Positions 1 through 7,370 of a stretch of DNA of 19,969 nucleotides are shown one piece after another (positions within the stretch are counted from its first letter, which is position 1; every line of letters starts with the position of its first letter). Origin of the DNA: an uncultured Clostridia bacterium. Lineage in GTDB: Bacteria > Bacillota > Clostridia > Oscillospirales > Ruminococcaceae. Below the pieces are notes generated by a model, which had not been told where the DNA came from, searched no databases, and saw nothing but the letters and a program-made list of their open reading frames with translations. Location of the stretch: assembly GCA_947627905.1 (NCBI GenBank), contig CANQXX010000034.1, positions 1-19,969 of the forward strand. The letters are read 5' to 3'. Position numbers and translations under genes: made by a program.

Positions 1-22
1 GCTATTGTTTTTTTATTTTGTT

Positions 23-195
23 CCGCTAAATTATCATTTGGTGTTAAGAGTTGAGATATTAAAGGCTTAACACCAAATATACCCGCCCCCTTGAGGGGGC
101 TACTCCGTTTAAACGATTTGTTTAAACTTACTTTGGGGGGTGACAAAGCCCGCGGGGGCTTCCCCGCTAAATTATCATTTATCTCAACTCTTAAC
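23..195. repeat. Composite repeat/hairpin cluster in the 3' flank of the hydrolase gene
   Basis: 17-nt direct repeat CCGCTAAATTATCATTT at 23-39 and 164-180, with a partial third copy ATTATCATTTG at 214-224. 16-nt inverted repeat GTTAAGAGTTGAGATA (43-58) / TATCTCAACTCTTAAC (180-195). Four stem-loops lie between them: GGTGTTAAG/CTTAACACC (40-48/66-74), GCCCCC-TTGA-GGGGGC (85-100), GTTTAAAC-gattt-GTTTAAAC (107-127) and GCGGGG-GCTT-CCCCGC (152-167). Confidence 0.6.
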
Positions 196-217
196 TTTCA
201 ACCCTCAACACTTATTA

Positions 218-967
218 TCATTTGTCAGAAAATAAAATCTCTTCAAGCTCCCCGCACATCATATCTATCATTTTCTTCCTTGCACCGGAGGAAAATCCGT
301 GCCCCTCTCCGGGAAATATATCCAGTGAGGCATTTTTAAAGCTCTTTACGGCTTTTTCGGAATAAGAAATGTCCACAATACCGTCAGCGTCACCGTGGAA
401 TATCCTGACCCTGCCTCCGTAATTCCCGATATGCTCGTAAACGTCATAATCCGGGAGACCGTCGCAGAATTTTCCCGACAGGTGCATACCCATAAAAATT
501 ATGCTGTCGGATATTTTTCTGTTTTTCCAGTTATCGGGGATACAGAAAGCCGGATAAAGCAGAAAAAGTCCTTTTATCCGTTCATCGGCGGCAAGGGCAG
601 AAACAAATCCTCCCTGACTTTCACCGTATAGAAAAATATTGCCGGGATCAATATTATCCAGCGACTGCACAAAAGAGATCACCGCATTCAGATCGCTTAT
701 TTCGGACATCACGCTCATGTCGAGAGAACTTCCGCTGCTTCTTGATCTTACAGAGCCTCCGCAGAAGTCGTAACAATACGCAAATATACCATGTTCCGCC
801 AGAGCGTGAGCCGCATCCGTAATATCCTCATGCGGAGAATTATAGCCATGGCTCAGTATCACCGCAGGAACAGCGCCGGTTTTTCCTTCCGGATAAAATG
901 ATATCCCGAAGATAGTCCTGTCATCAAGAACAACAGGGCGTTCCGATATTGAAACTTTATACTTCAT
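218..967 (-). CDS. alpha/beta-fold hydrolase (dienelactone hydrolase / S9-like esterase type)
   Basis: 249-aa ORF. Nucleophile elbow GESQGG, then HGDADGIVD and GEGHGF, give a Ser-Asp-His triad in canonical order. A consensus promoter lies upstream. Confidence 0.85.
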   Translation of the reverse strand: MKYKVSISERPVVLDDRTIFGISFYPEGKTGAVPAVILSHGYNSPHEDITDAAHALAEHGIFAYCYDFCGGSVRSRSSGSSLDMSVMSEISDLNAVISFVQSLDNIDPGNIFLYGESQGGFVSALAADERIKGLFLLYPAFCIPDNWKNRKISDSIIFMGMHLSGKFCDGLPDYDVYEHIGNYGGRVRIFHGDADGIVDISYSEKAVKSFKNASLDIFPGEGHGFSSGARKKMIDMMCGELEEILFSDK

Positions 968-999
968 AAAAACACCTGCTCATAAATTATCGCTGTTAC

Positions 1000-1028
1000 A
1001 TTATAGCATTTTCGGGAATTTCTGTCAA
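1000..1028 (-). promoter_or_regulatory. sigma-A type promoter for the hydrolase gene
   Basis: On the minus strand: TTGACA (1028-1023), 17-nt spacer, TATAAT (1005-1000), with TGc immediately upstream of the -10 box. Confidence 0.6.
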
Positions 1029-1056
1029 CTTATCCGTAAAATATGCTTTATCTCTC

Positions 1057-1085
1057 TTGCTTTAATGAAAATTTTGTGGTATAAT
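1057..1085 (+). promoter_or_regulatory. sigma-A type promoter for the 73-aa ORF / tex
   Basis: TTGCTT (1057-1062), 17-nt spacer ending TGTGG, TATAAT (1080-1085). The same TGTGGTATA extended -10 recurs at 7281 and 14457. Confidence 0.55.
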
Positions 1086-1119
1086 ATATGCAGAATTTTT
1101 TAGAAAAGAGGTCAATTCA

Positions 1120-1341
1120 ATGGACATCAAAGCAAAAATCGAAGAACTGGTAGAAAAAGTCAAGAACGATAAGGCTTTTGCCGAAGAATTTAAGGCAGAC
1201 CCTGTTAAGGCTGTAGAAAGTGCAGTGGGCGTAGATCTTCCGGACGATCAGATAAACAAGGTCGTTGACGGCATAAAAGCCAAAGTCACCGTAGACGGTC
1301 TTAAAGACAAGATCGGCGGACTTTTCGGCAAGAAAGACTGA
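1120..1341 (+). CDS. small acidic/lysine-rich helical protein, function unknown
   Basis: 73-aa ORF with an AAGAGG-like SD upstream. The composition looks coding (charged, no Cys/Trp). I do not recognise a family. Confidence 0.5.
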   Translation: MDIKAKIEELVEKVKNDKAFAEEFKADPVKAVESAVGVDLPDDQINKVVDGIKAKVTVDGLKDKIGGLFGKKD

Positions 1342-1365
1342 TAAGCCCCGTTCAGACTATCCGGC

Positions 1366-1399
1366 TCCGGCTGAATATCCGAAGCCGGAAATTTATTTA
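1366..1399 (+). terminator. weak hairpin between the small ORF and tex (partial terminator or attenuator)
   Basis: TCCGGCT (1366-1372), 10-nt loop, AGCCGGA (1383-1389), followed by AATTTATTT. The T tract is interrupted, so read-through into tex is likely. Confidence 0.3.
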
Positions 1400-1413
1400 A
1401 AAGGAAGATAATC

Positions 1414-3576
1414 TTGAATATAAACGAGACCCTTGCAAAAGAATTTAAACTCCGTCAGGAGCAGATCGACAACACCGTCACGCTTATAGACGACGGAAAG
1501 ACCATTCCCTTTATAGCCCGGTACAGAAAGGAGCTTACCGGCTCGCTGGACGATCAGGTATTAAGAGAGATCTTTGACCGTCTCACCTATCTGCGGAATC
1601 TTGAAAAGCGCAAGGAGGAAATACTTTCCTCGATAGATGAACAGGGCAAGCTTACCGACGAGATACGGGAAGCCATAGCAAATGCCTCGGCGCTCGTGGA
1701 ACTGGAGGACATCTACCGTCCGTTCAAGCCAAAGCGTAAAACAAGAGGCTCCGTTGCAAGAGAACGTGGGCTTGAGCCGCTTGCGGGATTTATCCTTGCG
1801 CAGGAATTTTCCTCCGATCCTTATTCCGAAGCGGAAAAGTTCATAAACGAAGAAAAGGAAGTTCCCGACGCAGAAGCTGCCGTTCAGGGAGCTATGGATA
1901 TAATCGCCGAGGATATTTCCGATGATGCAGAGCTGCGAAAATCTCTCCGCGCCCTGCTTATCAGAACGGGTCAGGTCGTATCCAAAGCCGCCGACCCCGA
2001 AGAAGAAACAGTCTACAGGAACTATTATGATTTTGCCGAACCGGTCAATAAAATTGCCGGACACCGTATTCTTGCCATAGACCGGGGTGAGCGCGAAGAA
2101 AAGCTCAAAGCCGGCATTGTTATTGCCGACGGCAGCGGCGAAAAGATCATCACCGATAAATATGTAAAAAATTCCTTTCCCTGCGGTGAGCTTGTCAAAG
2201 CAGCCGCAGAGGACAGCTTCAAGCGGCTTATCTTCCCGTCCGTGGAGCGTGAAGTACGTTCATGGCTCACCGAAAATGCAAGCGAAGCTGCAATAAAGGT
2301 ATTTTCCTCAAATCTCCGTCAGCTTCTTATGCAGCCGCCCGTCAAAGGCAAAACGGCTCTCGGGCTTGACCCCGGCTACAGGACCGGCTGCAAGCTCGCA
2401 GTTGTGGACGATACCGGAAAAGTTCTCGATACAGGAGTTGCCTATATCACCACAGGAGAGCAGCGAAAGATAGAACAAGGAAAAATTCTTGTAAAAAACC
2501 TTATCCGGAAATACGGCGTTTCGATAATTGCTATCGGTAACGGCACGGCTTCCCGCGAATCGGAATCATTCATTGCAGAACTTATAAAAGAGATCCCCGA
2601 AAAGGCTGCATACATGGTAGTTTCCGAAGCAGGAGCGTCGGTATATTCGGCGTCAAAACTTGCAGCGGAGGAATTTCCGGAATATGATGTTTCGCTGCGA
2701 AGCGCGGTGTCAATTGCAAGGCGTTTGCAGGATCCTCTTGCAGAACTTGTAAAGATAGACCCGAAAGCCATAGGAGTAGGACAATATCAGCATGATATGC
2801 CCAAGGCAAGAATGGACGAGGCTCTATCCGGAGTTGTGGAGGACTGTGTGAACAGCGTCGGAGTTGACCTTAACACCGCTTCATATTCCCTGCTTTCATA
2901 CATTTCGGGAATAAGCTCGGCGATCGCTAAAAATATCGTTAAATACCGTGAGGAAAACGGCTCTTTCACCGACAGGAAACAGCTCCTCAAAGTATCCAAG
3001 CTCGGACCTAAAGCATTTGAGCAATGCGCAGGCTTCCTGCGCGTTCAGGGCGGAAAGAACCCTCTTGACAATACAGCCGTTCACCCCGAAAGCTACGAGG
3101 CAGCAGAAAAGATCATTTCCGAATGCGGCTTCCGGCTTGCGGATCTGAACGACGGCAAGACCTCGGAGATCACTGCCGCGGCAGAAAAAATAGGAGTTAA
3201 AAAGCTTGCCGACAGCGTTGGCGCCGGACTTCCCACGGTAAATGACATTCTGAAAGAGCTTTCAAAGCCGGGGCGCGATCCCCGTGACGAGCTCCCTCCC
3301 CCGCTTCTCAGGAGCGGAGACGTTATGGAGCTGAAAGACCTGAAGCCCGGAATGGAGCTTATGGGAACGGTCCGGAACGTTATAGATTTCGGCTGCTTTG
3401 TGGATATAGGAGTTCACGAGGACGGGCTTGTACACATTTCACAGATATGCGACCGTTATATAAAACACCCTCTTGAAGCGGTCAAGGTGGGCGAAGTTGT
3501 AAAGGTCCGCGTCCTTGATGTTGACGTGAAGCGCAAAAGGATATCCCTTACAATGCGCCTGAATGAAAAGAAGTAA
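1414..3576 (+). CDS. tex: Tex-like transcription accessory protein (YqgF/RuvC-like, HhH and C-terminal S1 domains)
   Basis: 720 aa. N-terminal TIPFIARYRKELTG, YqgF-like LGLDPGYRTGCKLAVVD and a C-terminal S1 fold GTVRNVIDFGCFVDIGVHEDGLVHISQI. TTG start at 1414, 6 nt after AAGGAAG. Confidence 0.95.
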   Translation: MNINETLAKEFKLRQEQIDNTVTLIDDGKTIPFIARYRKELTGSLDDQVLREIFDRLTYLRNLEKRKEEILSSIDEQGKLTDEIREAIANASALVELEDIYRPFKPKRKTRGSVARERGLEPLAGFILAQEFSSDPYSEAEKFINEEKEVPDAEAAVQGAMDIIAEDISDDAELRKSLRALLIRTGQVVSKAADPEEETVYRNYYDFAEPVNKIAGHRILAIDRGEREEKLKAGIVIADGSGEKIITDKYVKNSFPCGELVKAAAEDSFKRLIFPSVEREVRSWLTENASEAAIKVFSSNLRQLLMQPPVKGKTALGLDPGYRTGCKLAVVDDTGKVLDTGVAYITTGEQRKIEQGKILVKNLIRKYGVSIIAIGNGTASRESESFIAELIKEIPEKAAYMVVSEAGASVYSASKLAAEEFPEYDVSLRSAVSIARRLQDPLAELVKIDPKAIGVGQYQHDMPKARMDEALSGVVEDCVNSVGVDLNTASYSLLSYISGISSAIAKNIVKYREENGSFTDRKQLLKVSKLGPKAFEQCAGFLRVQGGKNPLDNTAVHPESYEAAEKIISECGFRLADLNDGKTSEITAAAEKIGVKKLADSVGAGLPTVNDILKELSKPGRDPRDELPPPLLRSGDVMELKDLKPGMELMGTVRNVIDFGCFVDIGVHEDGLVHISQICDRYIKHPLEAVKVGEVVKVRVLDVDVKRKRISLTMRLNEKK

Positions 3577-3618
3577 TTTTCTTGCAGTTTAAACAAATTA
3601 TTTGCATAAAATATAAAA

Positions 3619-3649
3619 GCGTTCGGTCAATTTTACCGGGCGCTTTTTT
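3619..3649 (+). terminator. rho-independent terminator after tex
   Basis: GCGTTCGG (3619-3626) pairs with CCGGGCGC (3636-3643), with two G-U pairs. It is followed by TTTTTT (3644-3649). Confidence 0.65.
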
Positions 3650-3766
3650 GCTGTAATTTTCAGGAAATTTTATTTTGTTGAAATTTTGCAAAGAAAAAAG
3701 GAAACATTCCGTAAAATATAGTTATTTTTAATAAATTTTAACAAAATATTTCCAAGCTCAGGTAAT

Positions 3767-3795
3767 TTGCAAAACCCTTTTCATTGGGATATACT
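3767..3795 (+). promoter_or_regulatory. sigma-A type promoter for the ECF-S-like gene
   Basis: TTGCAA (3767-3772), 17-nt spacer, TATACT (3790-3795). This leaves only a ~30-nt leader. Confidence 0.45.
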
Positions 3796-3828
3796 TTTAA
3801 CATACCAAGCCGAAAGGGAGTTTTGATA

Positions 3829-4623
3829 ATGAATAAAACTGAAAGCCGAAAAAAACTTTACGGCATCGTTGCAGTAGGACTTATGTCCGCGCTGGTCTAT
3901 ATCGGCAATTATATGCAGATACCGTTAAGCGACGATATGAGAGTACATTTAGGCAATTCAATGTGTCTGCTTGCGGGTCTGCTTTTCGGAGGAACTACCG
4001 GAGGACTTGCTTCCGGAATAGGCGGATTTCTTTTCGATCTGTTTGACCCGCGTTATATAACCTCCGCGCCCATGACGTTCATCAACAAATTTATCATGGG
4101 CTGGACAGCGGGAATGATAAGCCGTTCGGGCATAAAGAATGAATTTGCCCGCACGCTTACCGCAGCAATATTCGGACAGCTCACATATATAATACTTTAT
4201 CCGGGAAAATCCTTTATCGAGCAGCTTATTCTGGGAAATCCGGTACAGACGGCAGTTACCGTTATGCTTGAAAAAGCCGGAACAGCCTGCATAAACGGCG
4301 TTCTTGCGGTAGTAATATCGGTTCCTCTTGCCATGGCGTTAAGGAAAGCGCTGAAAGCGTCCGGATTCGGGTACATGACCGAGGGAACACGGGAGAAAAA
4401 GGGATATTTCAACCCGCTTACCGCTGCGCTCACAGCATTTGCCGTTATAGTGACGATAGGTTTTGCGATAAGACTTTCCGTAGACGGCAAAATAAAGGCG
4501 GCTCAGGAAGAAAAGGAACAGTCTTACATTCAGCAGATAGATGAATTGAACGACAAGGTAGAATACCTTTACGATCAGCTTGGGATAGCCTATCCGCAGC
4601 CTGAAGAAGTTCCGGAAGAATAA
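3829..4623 (+). CDS. ECF-transporter S-component-like membrane protein with an extra C-terminal TM and helical/acidic tail
   Basis: ATG at 3829 lies 8 nt after GAAAGGGAG, so the track's TTG start at 3784 falls inside the predicted -10 region. Gly-rich TM helices (GLLFGGTTGGLASGIGGFLFDLFD) are typical of ECF substrate-capture subunits. The tail is KIKAAQEEKEQSYIQQIDELNDKVEYLYDQL...PEEVPEE. Confidence 0.65.
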   Translation: MNKTESRKKLYGIVAVGLMSALVYIGNYMQIPLSDDMRVHLGNSMCLLAGLLFGGTTGGLASGIGGFLFDLFDPRYITSAPMTFINKFIMGWTAGMISRSGIKNEFARTLTAAIFGQLTYIILYPGKSFIEQLILGNPVQTAVTVMLEKAGTACINGVLAVVISVPLAMALRKALKASGFGYMTEGTREKKGYFNPLTAALTAFAVIVTIGFAIRLSVDGKIKAAQEEKEQSYIQQIDELNDKVEYLYDQLGIAYPQPEEVPEE

Positions 4624-4644
4624 GCTGTATCACAATATAAAATC

Positions 4645-4690
4645 ACCGCGCAGGACTGTTTTAAATACAGCCTGCGCGGTTTTCTCTTTT
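4645..4690. terminator. bidirectional terminator between convergent genes
   Basis: Perfect 10-bp stem ACCGCGCAGG (4645-4654) / CCTGCGCGGT (4671-4680). It is flanked by ATATAAAAT on one side and TTTTCTCTTTTT on the other. Confidence 0.75.
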
Positions 4691-4694
4691 TAAT

Positions 4695-5381
4695 TCAAAC
4701 GGAACTGTTTTTTTTCCTGCGCTTTTTGTAAATATAGTATGCAATGCTTGATGCTGCCGCAAAAAATACTTCGCATATGAACGATACCCAGAATTTAGGC
4801 GAAGTCGGATCATCGACGCTTGAACCCATAAGCGTCGTAGTCACCACTCCCGGAAGTATGCCGAGAAAAGAACCGACATAGTATTTAACAGGCGAAAATC
4901 CCGTTGAACCTAAAAACATACTGACTACGTCGCAGGGAAGTATATTTATAACTCTCATAAAATATGCTATAAAAAACTCGTTGTCCGACTTGAACTCCCG
5001 GAGCTTGTCCGCATTTTTATTTTTGTTTATCATATTTTCCACAAATTCTCTCTCTGCATATTTGCCGATAAGATACGGAAAGGTAAGCATTACCAGTATG
5101 CCTATGCAGTTTACGAGCAGCGCGGCAAAATAATTCGGGAAAATACTTCCCGAAGCAGCTATAAGCACCAGCATCGGGAAAAACATAGACAGCGATTTCA
5201 TTGCGAAAAGACCTATCATTACCAGAGCCGCAAGCCACAGATTTTCAGGCGTAAATTCAAGTATATGCTCGACTGTTACTCCCCGGAACAATGTAAAATA
5301 TATTATCACACATACTGCTATCATTGCCAGAGGCGCAAGCCTGACGACCCCTTTGACAATATCCGAAAACTTCTTTTTCAT
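4695..5381 (-). CDS. TVP38/TMEM64 (DedA-superfamily, VTT/SNARE-associated domain) membrane protein
   Basis: 228 aa and polytopic. Family-typical layout with ...FPYLIGKYAEREF... and ...FMRVINILPCDVVSMFLGSTG.... GGAG lies 8 nt upstream of the ATG, and the gene starts 45 nt downstream of the cls stop. Confidence 0.8.
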   Translation of the reverse strand: MKKKFSDIVKGVVRLAPLAMIAVCVIIYFTLFRGVTVEHILEFTPENLWLAALVMIGLFAMKSLSMFFPMLVLIAASGSIFPNYFAALLVNCIGILVMLTFPYLIGKYAEREFVENMINKNKNADKLREFKSDNEFFIAYFMRVINILPCDVVSMFLGSTGFSPVKYYVGSFLGILPGVVTTTLMGSSVDDPTSPKFWVSFICEVFFAAASSIAYYIYKKRRKKNSSV

Positions 5382-5426
5382 ATCATGTTCTCCCCGTAAA
5401 CGCGTCGCTAAAAGATGCCGCCGTTC

Positions 5427-6989
5427 CTACATCAGCGGAGCAAACAGCCTGAGAACGCGCCCCGCCAGTTTTTTGAAAATGTTATATTTTTTGCAGTCCT
5501 CAAGCGTTATAAGACAGCACTGCTCTATGGTTTCAAGAGTATCCTTTTCAACGTCATTTATCACATCACAGCGGTAAAAATAGCACGCGCACTCAAAATG
5601 CAGGAAAAGACTCCTGTAATCAAGATTTATCGAGCCTACCACAGCCCTTATGTCATCGCTCACAAAGCTCTTTGCATGAATGAACCCCGGAGTAAATTCA
5701 TATATTTTCACCCCGGCGGAAATAAGCTCTCCGTAATATGAACGAGCCAGCAGATAAGCATATTTTTTGTCCGGTATATGAGGCATGATTATAGAAACGT
5801 CTACCCCCCGCTTAGCGGCATAGGTAAGAGCCTGCGTCATTTCCTCGTCAAGTATAAGATATGGCGTCATTATATGGACATACCTTTCCGCACGGTTGAT
5901 GATGTCAAGATAGACCGTCTTGCCTACGTTCTCGTTATCAAGCGGACTGTCCCCATAAGGAATAACAAAACCGTTTTCATCAGGGAAGCTGTGCTCCGCG
6001 TCTGTGATATACAGTGAAAAATCGTCATTTTCGCCTTTTTTGTTGTATATGTTCCAGTTCTGTAAGAACATTGCGGTAAAACTTTTTACCGCGTCTCCTC
6101 TTATCATCACAGCGGTATCTTTCCAGTATCCGAAACGTTCAAACCGGTTGATATATTCGTCCGCAAGGTTTACGCCGCCTGTAAAAGCGGTATGACCGTC
6201 TATAACAAGTATCTTGCGGTGATCGCGGTTGTTCTGGACGGTCGAGAATATCGGTCTGAACGGTGCGAACACCCGGCATTTTATTCCTTTTTCGGCAAGT
6301 TTTTTGGGGAAATTATGCGGAACGAGCACAAGTCCGCTTGTGCCGTCATACATGAACCTTACTTCAACGCCCTGAGCCGCTTTACGTTCAAGGACATCCA
6401 CTACTGCGTCCCACATTTCGCCGTGATCCACGATGAAAAATTCCATAAAGATGAATTTTTCTGCTTTTTCCAGCTCTCTGAGCATGGCAGGAAAAGCACT
6501 TTCGCCGGAAGAAAAATATTCCGCTCCGTTATTTTTAAGTGTAGGAAAGCCGGCGTATTTTTTCATATATGAAGAAAAGTTCTTTTCCTTTTCGCTTATG
6601 CTTTCAAGCTCTGCCGCAACGGCTTTATCCTGCGGTATGAACGGAGCCGACTTTTTTATCTGGCTGCGGATATTGCGGTTCATTATGTGTGTTCCGAACT
6701 GGAGGCGCACAAAAACATACAGCAGCGTTCCGAAGATCGGTATCAGCATTATGGGAACTACCCACGCCAGCTTGTAATACGGATTTGTCTTTTCGTTTAT
6801 TATGCAGATAAGCACTATCAGCGAAAGCACAGCCATAGCGGCGCTGAAATAAACAAAATGGCTGCTGAAATACACTGTAAACGTCATAAGGAATATTATC
6901 TGCAATGCAATGCTGAGCGCGACAACTATAGTGCGCCCGAAAACTATTTTGGCAAGGCTTTTTACTTTACGCTTTAACTTCTTGTTCAT
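5427..6989 (-). CDS. cls: cardiolipin synthase (PLD superfamily, two HKD motifs)
   Basis: 520 aa. N-terminal TM helices, then two HxKxxxxD motifs: HRKILVID and HAKSFVSD. Confidence 0.93.
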   Translation of the reverse strand: MNKKLKRKVKSLAKIVFGRTIVVALSIALQIIFLMTFTVYFSSHFVYFSAAMAVLSLIVLICIINEKTNPYYKLAWVVPIMLIPIFGTLLYVFVRLQFGTHIMNRNIRSQIKKSAPFIPQDKAVAAELESISEKEKNFSSYMKKYAGFPTLKNNGAEYFSSGESAFPAMLRELEKAEKFIFMEFFIVDHGEMWDAVVDVLERKAAQGVEVRFMYDGTSGLVLVPHNFPKKLAEKGIKCRVFAPFRPIFSTVQNNRDHRKILVIDGHTAFTGGVNLADEYINRFERFGYWKDTAVMIRGDAVKSFTAMFLQNWNIYNKKGENDDFSLYITDAEHSFPDENGFVIPYGDSPLDNENVGKTVYLDIINRAERYVHIMTPYLILDEEMTQALTYAAKRGVDVSIIMPHIPDKKYAYLLARSYYGELISAGVKIYEFTPGFIHAKSFVSDDIRAVVGSINLDYRSLFLHFECACYFYRCDVINDVEKDTLETIEQCCLITLEDCKKYNIFKKLAGRVLRLFAPLM

Positions 6990-7020
6990 TTACATATTAT
7001 TCCTTAAAACAAAGGCTGAT

Positions 7021-7073
7021 GAAAAATTCCCGCCGTCTGACCGGCGCAGGACTGTTCCTGCCGGAAAGGTCAG
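7021..7073 (-). promoter_or_regulatory. structured element in the cls 5' leader (overlapping alternative hairpins, one followed by a U-run)
   Basis: Minus-strand RNA. A long imperfect hairpin CUGACC...GGUCAG spans 7073-7037, with inner CCGGCAGG/CCUG-cg-CCGG pairing. It overlaps a small hairpin CGCCG-GUCAGA-CGGCG (7046-7031) that is followed by GGAAUUUUUC (7030-7021). Confidence 0.3.
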
Positions 7074-7182
7074 GTATCTGGGCATATTGAAAATATTCTT
7101 CAAGCCTTATGGATATTATAAAGCAAACTTTCGTTTTGCTTATTTTGTACAAAAGAAAGTGCAAAAATTTATCTATAAATAC

Positions 7183-7211
7183 ATTTTAAACCCATAAAAG
7201 CAAATTGTCAA
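7183..7211 (-). promoter_or_regulatory. sigma-A type promoter for the cls operon
   Basis: On the minus strand: TTGACA (7211-7206), 17-nt spacer, TAAAAT (7188-7183). This implies a ~185-nt leader. Confidence 0.5.
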
Positions 7212-7262
7212 GTAAATTTATTACTCTAAATGTGACAATATGATGAAACCTTAAAAAAAATA

Positions 7263-7291
7263 TTGTTATTTGAATAATTTTGTGGTATACT
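7263..7291 (+). promoter_or_regulatory. sigma-A type promoter for the zinc-finger membrane protein / galU
   Basis: TTGTTA (7263-7268), 17-nt spacer ending TGTGG, TATACT (7286-7291). Confidence 0.5.
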
Positions 7292-7370
7292 TAATTATGG
7301 ATAATAATAAGCACAATTTCAGGAAGCCGGAAAATTATCCTTTTTCCTGAGGAAAGGAGCATTTTACCCT

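Noticed and set aside
91-339. 82-aa plus-strand ORF spanning the repeat cluster and the hydrolase 3' end
   Set aside because: It has a non-ATG start, overlaps the hydrolase gene and reads through repeats and hairpins. No coding signal is present.
1561-2064. 167-aa minus-strand ORF and several 60-110-aa ORFs overlapping tex
   Set aside because: They are embedded in the Tex coding region, have no motifs or translation signals, and are explained as antisense or alternate-frame noise.
3650-3828. Possible vitamin riboswitch ahead of the ECF S-component-like gene
   Set aside because: The best promoter lies ~30 nt from the start codon. The upstream 180 nt is A/T-rich, with no conserved riboswitch cores that I recognise.
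4648-4660. 13-nt identity GCGCAGGACTGTT shared with 7044-7056, both inside intergenic hairpins (possible REP-like family)
   Set aside because: A few 13-mer coincidences are expected by chance in a 20-kb window on two strands, and G/C-rich stems inflate the odds. It is noted under the cls leader finding but is not enough to call a repeat family without genome-wide copies.
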